From an uncultured Gammaproteobacteria bacterium (lineage in GTDB: Bacteria; Patescibacteriota; Microgenomatia; UBA1406; HO2-37-13b), in the NCBI GenBank assembly GCA_964422025.1, contig CAYQYZ010000002.1:67765-131764 (forward strand): a DNA stretch of 64,000 bases, written 5' to 3'. Within the stretch, counting starts at the first letter, position 1. Every line of letters begins with the position of its first letter. The notes under the pieces are model-generated. The model worked only from the letters and a program-made list of their open reading frames with translations, did not search any database and was not told the DNA's origin. This document shows, in pieces, positions 26,203 through 36,678 of this stretch. Both the position numbers and the translations under genes were made by a program.

Positions 26203-26985
26203 ATGAAAAACATAAATAAGCGAAGCGGACAAACATTACTAATCATCATTTTACTTGCAACGGTGCTATTAACTGTGGGTTTATCAGTCTCACATGTCAC
26301 CCAGCAAGAGCAAAAAATTACAAAGCTTGAACAAGACGCTAAACAAGCATATGCAGCTGCTGAAGCAGGTCTGGATGCCGCCTTGAAACAAGCAGGGACT
26401 GTATCGATCGGGTCACTAGGGCTTGGTCAGGGAATTTCCGGATCCGCCACAACGTCGTCTTCGACAGTAAGTAGTTTTACAACTCCTGTTCTAAAAAAAG
26501 ATGAAGCATATACATTTTATCTGACCACCTACGATTCAGCTACAAATAGTTTTACCGGTTCCCCTTTCTCGGGAAATATGAATATTTCCGTGCAAATTCC
26601 GAGCGCAGGCGTTGTGTGTGGACCAAGTACCAGCGTTGCGCTTGAAATGACATTTATTGTCACTAATGCAAGTAATTCAAATTCCGCCGTAGTGGATCGC
26701 CGAATGATTGATCCATGCTTATTAACCAACGCAACAACCGGAACCGTTAGTTTTGGACAAGCATTTACCCCTGTAGCAAGTTCACTTATGATACTGCGCG
26801 TTATTACCCCAAGCTCAAGTTTTTCAGGAATTTCGCTTAATGTAAACAATAATAGCTCACAGTGGCCGCTGCAGGGCAAAACAATTGTTTCAAGCGCTTC
26901 TACTCAAACCGGTGCAACAAAAAAACTTCAACTATTCCAGAGCTATCCTCAAATTCCAAGTGAGTTTTTTGTAACGAGGTTTTAA
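26203..26985 (+). CDS. PilX-like type IV pilus minor pilin / pseudopilin
   Basis: 260 aa. N-terminus KRSGQTLLIIILLATVLLTVGLSV followed by Q..AKQAYAAAEAGLDAAL, the pattern I associate with the PilX N-terminal domain. Confidence 0.5.
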   Translation: MKNINKRSGQTLLIIILLATVLLTVGLSVSHVTQQEQKITKLEQDAKQAYAAAEAGLDAALKQAGTVSIGSLGLGQGISGSATTSSSTVSSFTTPVLKKDEAYTFYLTTYDSATNSFTGSPFSGNMNISVQIPSAGVVCGPSTSVALEMTFIVTNASNSNSAVVDRRMIDPCLLTNATTGTVSFGQAFTPVASSLMILRVITPSSSFSGISLNVNNNSSQWPLQGKTIVSSASTQTGATKKLQLFQSYPQIPSEFFVTRF

Positions 26986-26986
26986 T

Positions 26987-28135
26987 ATGATTAAACTTCT
27001 ACTGGCTATTGCAATAAGCGCGTACGCTCTTTTAACGCTCCCTTCGAGTATTAATGCCCAAACATCGCCCTGTGAAAGTAAGCGGGTTGCCGGGGACTAC
27101 AACTGTGATGATAGGATCAATTTACTTGATTTCGATAGCTTCCGAATAGATTTTGTAGCCAATAAAGTGTCGCTAATATATTTTGACTATTGGAGAAAGG
27201 CCATGTTCGGCTCCCCTCCAAATAGCTCTACTCCTACTCCCGCCAATCAAGGCAAGCAACAACTTATTACCCAAACAATTGCAGCGGTAAGCAAGCAAAA
27301 AATAACTGAAACAGTTACGGCAATTGCAGATGACGATGATGTTCCCGGAGTAGATGCTACCCAAACGCGCTATAGCAATTCTTCGGGGAACCAGGTAGAA
27401 CGCGCGTATATAACAGCACAATTGCAAGGCATGGGATATCAAGTAACCACTCAAACTTTTTCACTGAGCGGAGTAAATTCTGCCAATATTATTGCGCGTC
27501 TTGCAGGAAAAGACACGTCGAAATATTATATTGTCACGGCACATTTGGACTCCACCGCCGCGCTGTCGGGTACCAACGACCCCGCACCGGGGGCTGACGA
27601 TAATGGAAGTGGCGTGGCAGCAGTTTTGGAAACTGCGCGAGTATTAAAATCGATGGGTTCTCAGCTTACTAGTTCAGTCGAATTCGTACTTTTTTCCGGG
27701 GAAGAACAGGGATTGTATGGAAGTGACTATTACACTTCACGAATTACCGATCCAAGCGCCGTGCAAGGTGTTTTTAACATGGATATGGTTGGCTGGAATC
27801 AACCGGGGCGAGGCGAGTGTGTACAGTTTGGATATCTGGCACGCAATGGAGGCAATATTCTGTCAGAAGCTGCTCAAAATATCGATCGCGCACACAGTAT
27901 TCAACTGAAGGCAGATTCTGTACTTACAAATATTATGGCTTCCGACCATGGATCGTTTGTCCGAAAAGGAATGAAAGCAATCCTAATTTCCGAATGCGTG
28001 CTTATGGAAGGCGGCCGAGGAACGGTGCAGCCAAATTATCATAGTACCCGCGACAAGCCCGATACGTTAAACTATGCTCAGATAGAAAAAACAGCCAAAA
28101 CCGTTGCGGCAACCATTATTGATTTAGCATATTAA
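26987..28135 (+). CDS. M28-family zinc aminopeptidase, secreted, with an N-terminal dockerin/EF-hand-like loop
   Basis: GADDNGSGVAAVLE and FSGEEQGLYGS metal-ligand blocks. Signal peptide. DYNCDDRINLLD loop. Confidence 0.85.
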   Translation: MIKLLLAIAISAYALLTLPSSINAQTSPCESKRVAGDYNCDDRINLLDFDSFRIDFVANKVSLIYFDYWRKAMFGSPPNSSTPTPANQGKQQLITQTIAAVSKQKITETVTAIADDDDVPGVDATQTRYSNSSGNQVERAYITAQLQGMGYQVTTQTFSLSGVNSANIIARLAGKDTSKYYIVTAHLDSTAALSGTNDPAPGADDNGSGVAAVLETARVLKSMGSQLTSSVEFVLFSGEEQGLYGSDYYTSRITDPSAVQGVFNMDMVGWNQPGRGECVQFGYLARNGGNILSEAAQNIDRAHSIQLKADSVLTNIMASDHGSFVRKGMKAILISECVLMEGGRGTVQPNYHSTRDKPDTLNYAQIEKTAKTVAATIIDLAY

Positions 28136-28136
28136 T

Positions 28137-28658
28137 ATGAAAAAAATACTACTTTTTATAATTGCCCTCATTATTGCAGGCGGCTTATTGTGGAATTTTC
28201 AGTACCGGTCAAGCGCAACGAATTCCGTAATTTCATTAGTAAAAATTACGTATAACAACGATGTAGAATTTGAAAAAGCATTTGACGGAAGCACCAGCGT
28301 TCATTATATTTTCGAACAGCCCACAAGCAAGAACTCTTTTATGTTGTCGCTAATGACCCCCGACCAGCATACCCGGCTTACCGCGCAAGGATTTAAAACG
28401 GAGGTAATCGAGGAGAACCCCGATATGTCTAAATACATGGTCGCGTATTCCCCAAATGCTGCACCCGTACAAAGCTTTGCTGAAATAGGGCAAGCCGATG
28501 CACTTGACGCGCGATTCACACTCGTAAAAGCAGGTTCAGCTGCACAGTTTGCAGATCATGATGCATTAATGGGTGATAACTCGGCTATTTTTACATATGA
28601 CATTGCCAAGTCATTGGCAAAACCCAAATACAAAACCGTACGGGCTACATCTCCGTGA
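28137..28658 (+). CDS. Hypothetical membrane-anchored/secreted protein
   Basis: 173 aa. N-terminal hydrophobic segment. Starts 1 nt after the M28 stop. Confidence 0.6.
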   Translation: MKKILLFIIALIIAGGLLWNFQYRSSATNSVISLVKITYNNDVEFEKAFDGSTSVHYIFEQPTSKNSFMLSLMTPDQHTRLTAQGFKTEVIEENPDMSKYMVAYSPNAAPVQSFAEIGQADALDARFTLVKAGSAAQFADHDALMGDNSAIFTYDIAKSLAKPKYKTVRATSP

Positions 28659-28737
28659 GATAGATGCTATTTTCAAATATTCTCTACTAATTTCACCGCA
28701 TAAGCACGCATAAATCTGATACAATTACCCTAGTTGT

Positions 28738-30393
28738 ATGCTAAAAAAGAGCCTTCTTAATGCGATAAAAGACACATTCCCCAAAAAGGACATTTTCTTG
28801 CTTGCCCCAAAAAATCCTGATCACGGCGATTATGCCATACATAAAAGTTCTGTCCCCGATCACAAACTCCTTACTGCTGGTTTTGAGCATGAACTCGTGG
28901 GTTCCGTTGAACAAATCGGTGACTTCATAAATTTTTCTCTGAGCAAGCCCGCGTTGTGGGATGAAATTAAGAGAATTGTAAAAGAAAAAGACAAATATGG
29001 AAATTCTGTGCAAGACGGAACGGTAAAGATTAATTTAGAATTTGGGGATCCAAACACCCATAAACTTCCTCATATTGGCCACTTATTTTCATACATTATT
29101 GGGCATTCATGGTCACGTATTTTGGAAGCAACCGGACACCGAGTATTCCGCTCGATCTACCAAGGAGATGTCGGACTGCATGTCGCAAAATGCTTATATG
29201 TCGCTTCCCAAGACCCCCTGAAAATCGGTGAACTAAAAACGCTTGATGAAAAAGTGCAATTCTTGCAAGAATGTTATCAGAAAGGATCTCAATTATATGA
29301 AGACGACGCAGATGTAAAAAAAGCGATTGATGACTTAAATAAAAAGATTTATGAACACGATGGTGAAGTAGAAGAATTGTGGAAACAAACACGACAGTGG
29401 AGTGTAGATTATTACGAAAAATTTGAAGAGCAATTGGGAATTGAATACAACAAACATTACTTTGAAAGTATGACCGCAGATGAAGGAAAAAAAATAGTTT
29501 TAGAAAATGTTGGAAAAGTTTTTGAAGAAAGTGAAGGCGCAATTATTTTCCCCGGAGAAAAAATTGGATTGCATAATCGTGTATTTATAAATCGATTTGG
29601 CAATCCAACATATGAAGCAAAAGACATGGCCCTTGCTGCATTGAAATATAAAGATTGGAAATTTGATACATCCATTATTACAACGGCGTCTGAGCAAAAC
29701 GAGTACTTTAAAGTAATTTTTGCCGCACTTGAAAAAGTTAATCCGGAATTAAAAGGAAAGCTACAACATATCGGATTTGGAATGGTTGACTTAAAAAGTG
29801 GAAAGATGTCTTCACGTAGTGGTAATATTGTTTCCGCAATTGATTTAGTCGATGAAGTTCAGAAAAAAGCCGCCCTGATTTCACCTGAAAACCCCCTACA
29901 CATTGCGCTCGCTGCAATTAAATATTCATTTCTAAAAAGCGAAGCACGTAAAAATATTTCATTTGATATTGACGAATCAATTTCATTACAAGGAAATTCA
30001 GGGCCATATTTGCTATACATGTATGCGCGGGCAAAAAGTATTCTTACAAAAGCCGGCGGGCCGGGAATCCTGACTCAAGCTCAAGATGACAAACGCGCTC
30101 GAGAGGATAAAACATCTCTTGCTGAGGCTAGTAAAGAAGAATTAACCGTTGTACGAACACTTGTTAAATTCCCGGAAGTCGTTGAAGCTGCGAGTGAAAA
30201 AATGGCGCCTCATTTAATAGCCACCTATCTCTTTGACCTAGCGCAGAAATTTAATAAATTATATGAAACCACTCCAATTCTGAAAGCCCCCGATGCAGAC
30301 AAAATCAGACTATTAACACTCATTGAAGCAACTGCCCACGTTATTCAAAATGGCCTGTTTTTGTTAGGAATTGACACGCTTGAGACAATTTAA
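28738..30393 (+). CDS. argS: Arginyl-tRNA synthetase
   Basis: 551 aa. PHIGHL (HIGH), KMSSRSGN, and a C-terminal DALR-type anticodon-binding region. Carries an in-frame repeat-like insert (GILTQAQDD). Confidence 0.9.
   Translation: MLKKSLLNAIKDTFPKKDIFLLAPKNPDHGDYAIHKSSVPDHKLLTAGFEHELVGSVEQIGDFINFSLSKPALWDEIKRIVKEKDKYGNSVQDGTVKINLEFGDPNTHKLPHIGHLFSYIIGHSWSRILEATGHRVFRSIYQGDVGLHVAKCLYVASQDPLKIGELKTLDEKVQFLQECYQKGSQLYEDDADVKKAIDDLNKKIYEHDGEVEELWKQTRQWSVDYYEKFEEQLGIEYNKHYFESMTADEGKKIVLENVGKVFEESEGAIIFPGEKIGLHNRVFINRFGNPTYEAKDMALAALKYKDWKFDTSIITTASEQNEYFKVIFAALEKVNPELKGKLQHIGFGMVDLKSGKMSSRSGNIVSAIDLVDEVQKKAALISPENPLHIALAAIKYSFLKSEARKNISFDIDESISLQGNSGPYLLYMYARAKSILTKAGGPGILTQAQDDKRAREDKTSLAEASKEELTVVRTLVKFPEVVEAASEKMAPHLIATYLFDLAQKFNKLYETTPILKAPDADKIRLLTLIEATAHVIQNGLFLLGIDTLETI
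30065..30090 (+). repeat. Family B-like repeat variant, in frame inside argS
   Basis: gaatcctgactcaagctcaagatgac. Compare gatccttcgctctcgctcaggatgac at 49671-49696. Confidence 0.55.
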
Positions 30394-30395
30394 TT

Positions 30396-30962
30396 ATGGC
30401 AACAAAACCGCTTAAAGTTGGATTTGATTTTGACGGAGTACTTTTATACAACCCAACACGAATAGTTCGGGGTCCAGTAGTTTTATTTAAACACTTTTTT
30501 TTACCCCGACGTGAAAAAAAGTTCACTATTCCAAAAGGACGCATCGCAAAATTTGCATGGCAAATGGCACATTTATCGAGTTTTATGATCGCTCCCGGAC
30601 TTGATGAAATTGAACGATTGGTAAGAACAGGGAAAATTGAGGCTCATATTATTACGGCACGGTTCGATTTTTTGGAGGATGATTTCAAACGAAAATTACG
30701 TAATGTAAATAAAAATGGAATTTTTACAAGTGCCCATTTTAACAAGAAAAATGAACAACCCCATTTGTTTAAAGAGAGAATGATTAGGGAAATGAAATTG
30801 GATACATTTATTGAAGACAATTATGATATAGTCAGTTACCTAAGTAAAAAACACGTAACAAAGGTATTATGGATATATAATATTTTTGATCGCAATATTA
30901 ATCATCCGTACAAATTCCCAAACTTGCGAAAAGCAGTTGAACGATTGAAAAAGCCTCTATGA
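30396..30962 (+). CDS. HAD-superfamily hydrolase-like protein
   Basis: 188 aa. N-terminal FDFDGVL (DxDxV/T) motif. Confidence 0.5.
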   Translation: MATKPLKVGFDFDGVLLYNPTRIVRGPVVLFKHFFLPRREKKFTIPKGRIAKFAWQMAHLSSFMIAPGLDEIERLVRTGKIEAHIITARFDFLEDDFKRKLRNVNKNGIFTSAHFNKKNEQPHLFKERMIREMKLDTFIEDNYDIVSYLSKKHVTKVLWIYNIFDRNINHPYKFPNLRKAVERLKKPL

Positions 30963-32053
30963 AGTTACTACTTGCATCCGAATATTTTTACCCGCACTGG
31001 ACTGGAATCGCAAAAGCTTTTTTGGTTTTGGCAAAACAATTGAAAAAAGAGGGTCATGAGATTACTGTTTTGACGACGCGATTTGAGGATTCTCTACCTA
31101 TCGAAGAACGGTTCGAGAAGCTTGCAATTATTCGAGCCACGCCGCAGTTTAAAATTAGTAGAACTAATTATTCCTTTTCATCACTTGTTGATTTTTTTAA
31201 ACTCGCCGGTTCACATGATCAGGTCATTATAAATTCACCTCACAGCAACATTCTTTTTTTCACCTTTATTGCAAAAGTACTTGGAAAAAAAGTAACTATA
31301 TTTCACCAGGGCGATTTGAAGCTACCTCGGAAAACTGGTTCGCTGATTCAGCACATACTCTTAGAGCGGGTTTTTGATGTACTAACTATTCCTGCTTTTT
31401 TCTTGGCCGACAATATCTCAACGTATACCAAAGATTATGCAGCAAATTCCCGAACAATGAAATATTTTTTGTTTAAGTTTTTTACATATATTCCCGCCGT
31501 TTCGCTCCCTACGTCGCAAAGTTCAAAGACAGTAAAACAAACACTCATTGGGTTTGCCGGACGATTTGTAGAAGAAAAGGGGTTCGATATACTGTATAAA
31601 TCAATGGATAAGGTCATAAAAGAGATTCCTTCGGCAAAATTTGTATTTGCTGGGAGTACAAAAATGGATTATGAGCCATTTTATGAATCACAAAAAAAAC
31701 TTTTTGAAAGTCAAAAAAAATATGTTAAATATCTAGGATTGTTGGATGAGAAAAAACTTATAGATTTTTATAAAAGTCTTGATGTTTTTGTAGTAAGTTC
31801 GCTGTCAGATTGTTTTCCATTAACTCAAATGGAGGCGGCTTATTCAGGAGTTCCAATTGTATGCACCGATATTCCTGGAGCTCGTATGCTAGTAAAGGAA
31901 ACGGGGTTTGGGACGATTGTCGCTTCTAATGACTCAAACGCACTTGCAGATGGTATCATTGACGTACTAGAAAATCGCATGAAGTATATACAGAAGAAAA
32001 AGAACGCTATTCCCTTTCTAAAAAAATATGACACCTTTACAATCGATTCATAA
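30959..32053 (+). CDS. Glycosyltransferase family 1 (GT4)
   Basis: 364 aa. GRFVEEKGFD and CFPLTQMEAAYSGVPIV (E-x7-E region) motifs. Confidence 0.8.
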   Translation: MKLLLASEYFYPHWTGIAKAFLVLAKQLKKEGHEITVLTTRFEDSLPIEERFEKLAIIRATPQFKISRTNYSFSSLVDFFKLAGSHDQVIINSPHSNILFFTFIAKVLGKKVTIFHQGDLKLPRKTGSLIQHILLERVFDVLTIPAFFLADNISTYTKDYAANSRTMKYFLFKFFTYIPAVSLPTSQSSKTVKQTLIGFAGRFVEEKGFDILYKSMDKVIKEIPSAKFVFAGSTKMDYEPFYESQKKLFESQKKYVKYLGLLDEKKLIDFYKSLDVFVVSSLSDCFPLTQMEAAYSGVPIVCTDIPGARMLVKETGFGTIVASNDSNALADGIIDVLENRMKYIQKKKNAIPFLKKYDTFTIDS

Positions 32054-32849
32054 AATTATTGATGCAGAAATAGATCCGGCGTTTGCAAAACGCGCACGGT
32101 TTATTTTAAACGGCATAAACTCCCATAAACCCAAACGGGTACTAGATATTGGCTGTGGTCGGGGATACTACACCAAACTTACTTCTCTTTTTCCGTTTGT
32201 CAAAGAAATTCAAAGCATTGATGCAAATCCTGGATACGTTAAAAGAGCGAAAAAGAATGTCGGAAGTGATAAGCGGATTACTATCCAAACTGGATCCATT
32301 TACAAACTTCCTTTTAAAGATAATTATTTTGATTGTATTATTGCGTCTGAAATCTTAGAGCATTTAATAGATGATGGAAAGGCTATAGTCGAGTTACATC
32401 GAGTGTTAAAAAAAGATGGAGTATTATTAGTATCGGTGCCAAATAAAAATTATCCATTTTTATGGGATCCATTAAACTGGATTTTGGAGAAATTTTTTAA
32501 TACGCACATTCATAAAGATCGATGGTGGCTTGCGGGAATCTGGGCCGATCATGAACGACTATATTCAGTGAAAGAGATTAGGAGTTTGCTCACGAAAAAA
32601 TTTACTGTTTCAAAACTCGAAACAGTAATTTCATGGTGCTGGCCATTCTCGCATTTTATTTTATACGGAATTGGGAAAAATATTGCTGAACGAATGCCAG
32701 GAAGTTCATTTGATCGATTTGAATTTAATCGAAAAAAATCAATAGGAGCACTTCTTTCAAAACTATTCGCGCTACCTTCTATACTCCTTGATACACAATT
32801 CCCGAGTAAAAATTCGATGAATATCGTGGCAGAAGCGAAGAAAAATTAG
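32028..32849 (+). CDS. Class I SAM-dependent methyltransferase
   Basis: 273 aa. VLDIGCGRGYYT (motif I) and ASEILEHL motifs. Confidence 0.8.
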   Translation: MTPLQSIHKIIDAEIDPAFAKRARFILNGINSHKPKRVLDIGCGRGYYTKLTSLFPFVKEIQSIDANPGYVKRAKKNVGSDKRITIQTGSIYKLPFKDNYFDCIIASEILEHLIDDGKAIVELHRVLKKDGVLLVSVPNKNYPFLWDPLNWILEKFFNTHIHKDRWWLAGIWADHERLYSVKEIRSLLTKKFTVSKLETVISWCWPFSHFILYGIGKNIAERMPGSSFDRFEFNRKKSIGALLSKLFALPSILLDTQFPSKNSMNIVAEAKKN

Positions 32850-32862
32850 TGAGAAAAAAACA

Positions 32863-33429
32863 ATGCAGAGAAAAATGAAGCAAGCGATTAATATACTACT
32901 TATCTACGGTCTCATCGTAAGTAGCTTCTTTATTCTTTTTATAGTTGTTTTAAATATACCATTAATAAAATCTTACCCTGTTTTATTTTATCGGGGTCTT
33001 CAGGCACTTCTTCTTACTAGTGTTTTATATATCGCCATAGGAGCATCTTTTATACATAAGAAAGTATCATTCATAGAATCATACTTTAGCGCACTTGCTG
33101 TTGCCATAAGTTTTTCACTTACTATTTTTGTCCTAGTCCCCGTTACTGCAGATCGATCTATTAGCGTTTTTCTTTTACATTCATTACAACAAAACAAAAA
33201 TTCATGTCAGGCTGGTATGACAAAAAATGATTTAGAAAAAGAATTTATTTCCAAATACATATATGATGGTCGTGCAGTAACACGCCGTCTAAATGAGCAA
33301 ACACTATCAGAATCGGTAGTCAGAACGAATCAGTGTTTTGGATTATCAGAAAAGGGAGAGGTGCTCTTGAAACTATTCGACTTTAGCTTGGCCATCTTTG
33401 GATCTTCTCATTCGTCGCTGCAAAAATAA
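32863..33429 (+). CDS. Hypothetical polytopic membrane protein
   Basis: 188 aa with about four hydrophobic segments. Its 3' end overlaps the convergent gene by 57 nt. Confidence 0.5.
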   Translation: MQRKMKQAINILLIYGLIVSSFFILFIVVLNIPLIKSYPVLFYRGLQALLLTSVLYIAIGASFIHKKVSFIESYFSALAVAISFSLTIFVLVPVTADRSISVFLLHSLQQNKNSCQAGMTKNDLEKEFISKYIYDGRAVTRRLNEQTLSESVVRTNQCFGLSEKGEVLLKLFDFSLAIFGSSHSSLQK

Positions 33430-34884
33430 CACGAGAGTCATCAAGATGATCCATATGTATACGGCAATATCAGCATTCTCCCTATTTAGAAATAACGCTG
33501 TCACGATATTACTGTCGGGAGACTGTTCGTGAAAAGGCTCGAGCCAGATTCTCCGTTCTCCTGTTAATGCGGGTAAATACATATTGACCGCACCCAAAAA
33601 CCCCATGTAAATAGACCCTACGGTTGTTGCGGCTACAAAAATCCATGTTATTCGGAAACCCTTTAGATACATTAATCCTTGGGCAGCAGGTAGCGCCAGT
33701 AATATCATATACGGATAGAAATATCGAACGTCATATAAGTTTCCGCCCCAGAATGCATAGTATTTTGCTGTAGCTATAAACCCCACCACGCCTATTACAC
33801 ACGAGTACAGTGTTGCTCGGTGCATTTTTTTATACTTTATCAGTGAAATTAAACTAAGTAAGAAAAATGGGGAGATAACTAATAGTCCGTAGAAATTATA
33901 TTTCTGTGCGTATGATAGTGATACGTATTGATCAACTACATCGTCAATTTCATCAAAATGCCTAAACGTCGAAGGATTTAACTTATCATAAGAAAACAAC
34001 AAGTACCACACGTTGGGGATTAGGGGTGCCGACATCCATGTTTTTAAGACTGGCCCTTTAAATTTTTCTCCGATTACAATGTTTTCTTTATACAAACTCG
34101 AAGAAATTTGCTTGTACCACAATACATTTGATGCAACAATAATAAGCGTAATAATTGCAGCGGGCAAAACGATTTTAAATAGTCTCGTCGTATTAACGTG
34201 GTGTTTTTCATGATTCAAAGCAATATATACAATAATAGAAGCAACTACCGCAACAAACTGAATCACATCTATTGCGTAACTTGCTGCTGCAGTACAAAGT
34301 AAGCCGGTAAGCCACACTGAACTGCGCGACCTTGCTTCGACAAGTCGTGTAAAAATATACACAGTTAAGCCAAGTAAAAAAACCTGGATCCCTTGCCGAG
34401 AATAATAGGCAACGTACTTCCAAATGTACGTTCCAAGAGCCAAGTTCAATACAACGATATACGATATGAGATCATTACGCGTTACTCTTTTTACAGCAAG
34501 CCACACAAATACTAGTCCAATTAGGCTAAAGAGCGTGAACAAAGAAACAACGGTAACTTCATGACTAAAGTTGGGGGTAATAATTGTTTGAGGGAAATTA
34601 TGGAATGTAAAAACAGGAGCAATAACTTTTGCGATAATGTGTAGAGGGGCGGAAAAAAAACTAACACCATGACCTCGCATATTAAGTATTTGATCCCCTC
34701 GTTGCGCATAGTCGGGCCATACGAAATAATGAGGGTCTCTGCTATATGGAGAAAGATTTGGCGACCCCGTTTCGAGAATTGCTTGCGTAGTAAAATACTG
34801 GGGAGCGTCTCCTGAATTCATGAGTCCAACAACATGTGAAAAATAAACAACGAATATGCACAAGAAAAAAATATAGAATTTCAT
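33373..34884 (-). CDS. Polytopic membrane protein (GT-C-like candidate)
   Basis: 503 aa with more than 10 hydrophobic segments. Sits in the glycosylation cluster. No specific motif recognised. Confidence 0.65.
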   Translation of the reverse strand: MKFYIFFLCIFVVYFSHVVGLMNSGDAPQYFTTQAILETGSPNLSPYSRDPHYFVWPDYAQRGDQILNMRGHGVSFFSAPLHIIAKVIAPVFTFHNFPQTIITPNFSHEVTVVSLFTLFSLIGLVFVWLAVKRVTRNDLISYIVVLNLALGTYIWKYVAYYSRQGIQVFLLGLTVYIFTRLVEARSRSSVWLTGLLCTAAASYAIDVIQFVAVVASIIVYIALNHEKHHVNTTRLFKIVLPAAIITLIIVASNVLWYKQISSSLYKENIVIGEKFKGPVLKTWMSAPLIPNVWYLLFSYDKLNPSTFRHFDEIDDVVDQYVSLSYAQKYNFYGLLVISPFFLLSLISLIKYKKMHRATLYSCVIGVVGFIATAKYYAFWGGNLYDVRYFYPYMILLALPAAQGLMYLKGFRITWIFVAATTVGSIYMGFLGAVNMYLPALTGERRIWLEPFHEQSPDSNIVTALFLNRENADIAVYIWIILMTLVLFLQRRMRRSKDGQAKVE

Positions 34885-34929
34885 TTTCTAAAAGAAATTA
34901 ATGGGTGATCGATTTTATAAATATTCTTC

Positions 34930-36678
34930 TCATATTTTTTTGAATATCGTTACTTTCGGATGATCATACACCGTAAACGCTTCTTCACTCCATTGATCGG
35001 GAATTTCAAAACCCACGCTCCCCACACTAATACCCGGATATGAAGTGAATTCCTTTATTTTTTTAAACTCTAGTTTCCCGGCAAATAGGTCATTATAAAA
35101 TTGAGCCATTCTGGGAAATCGTTGGGGGGCAGTTGTCATACTGCCATACCCGCGATTGCTCGAAAAAACGATGTAATCGGCTTTTTGAAGGGCATCGGTA
35201 ATCTCGTTCCACTTACCTGCGTCATCAGGTGCAAAAACAGGCATTTGAATGGTCGTAAATGAATTTATATTCTCGGGAAACCCAAGTGGAAGCGAGTCGT
35301 CCCAATGTTCCTGAGCAAGAACCGCTGTGGGAGGTAAATTTTCATACATCCATTTGGAAGCGGTCACTCTGGAGTGAGGTCGGGAGTAGATAGAAAGAAA
35401 CGCGAGAGGCCAGATGAGTATGAGAATTGCATAGATGATAAAAATAGGGCTCCTTGACTTGATCCACGCTCTATGAGAGTTGTCACCAAGAGATTCAACA
35501 ATATTAAAAGAAAACAAATTGATTACAAAATACCCAGCAGTAATTGCCAAAAGCGAATACAAAATAGAAAAGTATCGCATCGTCATGCCAAACTGCATTC
35601 CTTGGTATATAAAAAATGCAAGGACCCACAGGTAAAGCAGATACAACTCTAAACGAGGATTATTTTTCAGTAGCATAATTACTCCAAGGATGGCCGAGAT
35701 AAAAAGCACCGGCCCCATACCAAAGAAAAAAATATTTTGCAGTGGAAACAGAATCTTTGTTTTTGAAATCCACTGAACTCCTGGCGGGTACCAGGCCTCG
35801 GGAGTATTAAGCACTTGTAGTTCCAAAATATTCTTTATAAAAATTTTGCTGATTTGTGGATCAAAAAAATTTCCGTTTGCAAACAAATAGGGGTCAGCTA
35901 GACGAAGAAATATGTATGCTGTAGCAGTAAAAAAAAGACCCGTAATAAGAATCGATGGAATTTCACGAAAATTAAACCTCTTAATGTTCTTCAGGAATAA
36001 CACCGCACCGAGTAAGGGAGCAATGTAAATGGCGTTTATTTTACTTGCGAGTGCGAGTCCAAAAAATGCAGCAGAAAGAATGATATTCAACTCTCTCTTA
36101 GAGAGCAAAAAACGCGCTCGATACGCAAAGTAGAGCGCGCCGAGCATAAAGAATGTTACAAAATTGTCTACGGTAAAAAAATGAGACACTTGAATCGGGA
36201 AGACCATGATCGAATATAAAAACGCGCTAACGTATTTTATTCTCCGATCCCATTTGTACTGTCTCTGGAAGAGCGATGTCAGTAAGTACACAAAGAGTAC
36301 AATTCCCACATCCAAAATAGCACTGACCACCCTCCCTACTTGCGTAAGTTGAAAATAATCTCCCCGTTCAAAAGTTGTCGCTACATATTTAACAAACGTT
36401 ATTGGAAATGTTCCATATACATAAAATGGAAACCCAATATTAGCCGGGTTTAATTTTGAAGAAATTGGATCTAAATACTGTTTAAAAGATGAAGGAAATT
36501 CCTGAGCAACTGCGACCATCGTTAAAAACCGCTCGTCTGGGTGTAAGTGCTGTCCTTGGTCCCAGTTAAGTCCATAGAGGCGTATGCAAAGGGCAAAAGT
36601 GAGAATTAAGAGTATTGGTAATTTAGTGGTGAGGAGATTCTTCGCTCCGCTCAGAATGACAAGTGGTATTCGAATCAT
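34930..36678 (-). CDS. GT39/ArnT-like (GT-C) membrane glycosyltransferase
   Basis: 582 aa, many TM segments, HPDERF in the first loop (DE motif). ATGA coupling to the upstream gene fixes the start, so the family B repeat is translated as VILSGAKNLL. Confidence 0.7.
   Translation of the reverse strand: MIRIPLVILSGAKNLLTTKLPILLILTFALCIRLYGLNWDQGQHLHPDERFLTMVAVAQEFPSSFKQYLDPISSKLNPANIGFPFYVYGTFPITFVKYVATTFERGDYFQLTQVGRVVSAILDVGIVLFVYLLTSLFQRQYKWDRRIKYVSAFLYSIMVFPIQVSHFFTVDNFVTFFMLGALYFAYRARFLLSKRELNIILSAAFFGLALASKINAIYIAPLLGAVLFLKNIKRFNFREIPSILITGLFFTATAYIFLRLADPYLFANGNFFDPQISKIFIKNILELQVLNTPEAWYPPGVQWISKTKILFPLQNIFFFGMGPVLFISAILGVIMLLKNNPRLELYLLYLWVLAFFIYQGMQFGMTMRYFSILYSLLAITAGYFVINLFSFNIVESLGDNSHRAWIKSRSPIFIIYAILILIWPLAFLSIYSRPHSRVTASKWMYENLPPTAVLAQEHWDDSLPLGFPENINSFTTIQMPVFAPDDAGKWNEITDALQKADYIVFSSNRGYGSMTTAPQRFPRMAQFYNDLFAGKLEFKKIKEFTSYPGISVGSVGFEIPDQWSEEAFTVYDHPKVTIFKKI
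36636..36660 (+). repeat. Family B repeat inside the 5' coding end of the GT39-like gene
   Basis: gattcttcgctccgctcagaatgac, identical to 257-281. Confidence 0.85.
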
